Origin: Chloroflexota bacterium
Lineage (GTDB): Bacteria; Chloroflexota; UBA11872
NCBI GenBank assembly: GCA_034421255.1
Contig: DAOUKN010000314.1
Coordinates: forward strand, 1-37,477
DNA: 37,477 nt
Direction of reading: 5' to 3'
In this document: piece by piece, positions 36,467 to 37,477 of the stretch
Layout: every line of letters begins with the position of its first letter
Position numbering within the stretch: the first letter of the stretch is position 1
The notes under the pieces: model-generated
Seen by the model: the letters and a program-made list of their open reading frames with translations, nothing else
Database searches by the model: none
Told to the model about the DNA's origin: nothing
Translations under genes and position numbers: made by a program

Positions 36467-37477
36467 ATGAACGAACACGAAGTCCCGACCCACGTGCAGG
36501 CCGAGGACCGCGTCCTGCTGTGGTTCACGTTCCCGCAGATCGTCGCGCTGACGGCGGTGGGCGCCTTGGCCTACGGCGCCTACCAAGTCGTGCCCGTCGG
36601 CTCCGCGGAAGTCCGCCTGGCGATCGCCGTCGGCCTGGGCCTGCTCGGCCTGACGGCCGTCGCGGGCAGGATCGGGGGCCGGCGGCTGCCGCTGGTCGCA
36701 GCCGACCTGCTGCGGTTCTGGCTGGGGCCGCGACGCTACGCGGGGACCCAGGCCCAGCTGCTGCGCCGCCAGGCGCCCCCGCCGCCGCCGACCGCGTCGG
36801 AGCGGCTCCGGCTCCTGGCACGGCGCGCCCGGCGCGGCCTCCGCCGTCGGCGCAAGCGCAAGCCGCGCCGCCGAGAACGGCGGCGCTTGCGGCCCCGCGC
36901 ATGGTTCGGCAAGCGGTGGCGCAAGCTGCGGCGCACGCCCGGGCACGGCCAGACCACGGCGACCCGGGACGCGAAACGTCGAACGGGCTGGTGGGGCATC
37001 GCCCTGGCCATCGCCGTCCTGGCGGCGGCGCCGCTGACCGTCCCGCCCGTGGCGCTGGCCGAGGAGCCCTGGCAGGACGAGATCGAGTTCGAGATGCCCG
37101 CGCCGGTTCCCGGACGGCGGCTCTTCGTCGAGGAGCTTCAGGTGACAGACGATCGCGCCACGGTCACCCTGCGGGCAGCCACCGACCTGGACCTGCGGGT
37201 GCGGGCCTACGGTGACCGTCGGCAGCCGTCGTTCACCGGCATGGCCTCGCTGGCACAGGGCGAGCGCATCGTCTACCACCTGCCCCTGGCGGGCGCCGCG
37301 CCATCCCTCGCATTTGCCTGGGAGGACGCGAGGGGTCAGGCGGGGGCCGTGACCCTGAAAGGGCCGCAGCTGCCCTATCCGCTCCCCGTGGTCGAGGGCG
37401 ATATCTGCGACGCCCGCGTCGTGTCCCTGAGTTGGAAGCCGGGCGGCATCGAGGGCGTACTGGTCTCCGATTGCGTC
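36467..37477 (+). CDS. PrgI/VirB3-like T4SS protein with a large C-terminal extension (3' end outside window)
   Basis: Not in the supplied ORF track because it has no in-window stop. I hand-translated the frame and it is open from ATG 36467 to 37477. The N-terminus MNEHEVPTHVQAEDRVLLWFTFPQIVALTAVGALAYGAY plus a second TM segment matches the PrgI-family layout. An extremely basic linker, a third TM segment and a beta-rich domain follow. Confidence 0.6.
   Translation, partial: MNEHEVPTHVQAEDRVLLWFTFPQIVALTAVGALAYGAYQVVPVGSAEVRLAIAVGLGLLGLTAVAGRIGGRRLPLVAADLLRFWLGPRRYAGTQAQLLRRQAPPPPPTASERLRLLARRARRGLRRRRKRKPRRRERRRLRPRAWFGKRWRKLRRTPGHGQTTATRDAKRRTGWWGIALAIAVLAAAPLTVPPVALAEEPWQDEIEFEMPAPVPGRRLFVEELQVTDDRATVTLRAATDLDLRVRAYGDRRQPSFTGMASLAQGERIVYHLPLAGAAPSLAFAWEDARGQAGAVTLKGPQLPYPLPVVEGDICDARVVSLSWKPGGIEGVLVSDCV

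Larger units (their letters stand above)
22757..37477. mobile_element. Segment of an integrative/conjugative element (or integrated conjugative plasmid), right end outside window
   Basis: Co-located DNA-processing genes (helicase, MTase, RadC, SSB, nuclease, Rad52-like, primase) and T4SS membrane components (TrbL/VirB6-like, VirB2-like, PrgI/VirB3-like). No integrase or relaxase in the window, so the boundaries are not defined. Confidence 0.65.

Overview
This is a high-GC bacterial segment, about 70% GC in sampled 60-nt lines. The taxon cannot be determined from the sequence, and I saw no rRNA, tRNA or CRISPR array. The window falls into three compartments.

(1) 1-9.5 kb holds core-type genes on the + strand. 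These are the gyrB 3' part, plsX, two exported proteins, a PduO-type cobalamin adenosyltransferase, a DUF4395-like membrane protein, and a small-protein / long COG0523 GTPase / WD40 operon.

(2) 9.7-10.9 kb holds decayed gene fragments: an ABC-permease C-terminal stub and a frameshifted, 5'-truncated LRR surface-protein gene. A sharply AT-richer island follows at about 10.95-21.6 kb (sampled lines about 42-57% GC). It carries nine tightly packed genes:
- an RHH regulator
- a radical SAM enzyme with a B12-binding-like N-domain
- two paralogous GHKL (HATPase_c_3/MORC-like) ATPases
- two paralogous ParB/Srx-like proteins
- an SNF2 helicase
- a small PD-(D/E)xK nuclease
- an unassigned 332-aa protein

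I cannot match this gene set to any named defence or DNA-modification system. It is my main candidate for an undescribed DNA-targeting system.

(3) 21.9-37.5 kb returns to high GC. It starts with a retropepsin-like protease plus a small partner gene. The rest is a conjugative-element segment with three modules:
- a Zn-ribbon SNF2 helicase, an orphan N6-methyltransferase, RadC, SSB, a Cas4-like nuclease and a Rad52-like annealase
- a CHC2-Toprim primase and an HTH protein
- T4SS genes: TrbL/VirB6-like, VirB2-like pilin and PrgI/VirB3-like, the last running off the window

All product calls rest on motifs read by eye in the translations. No searches were run.
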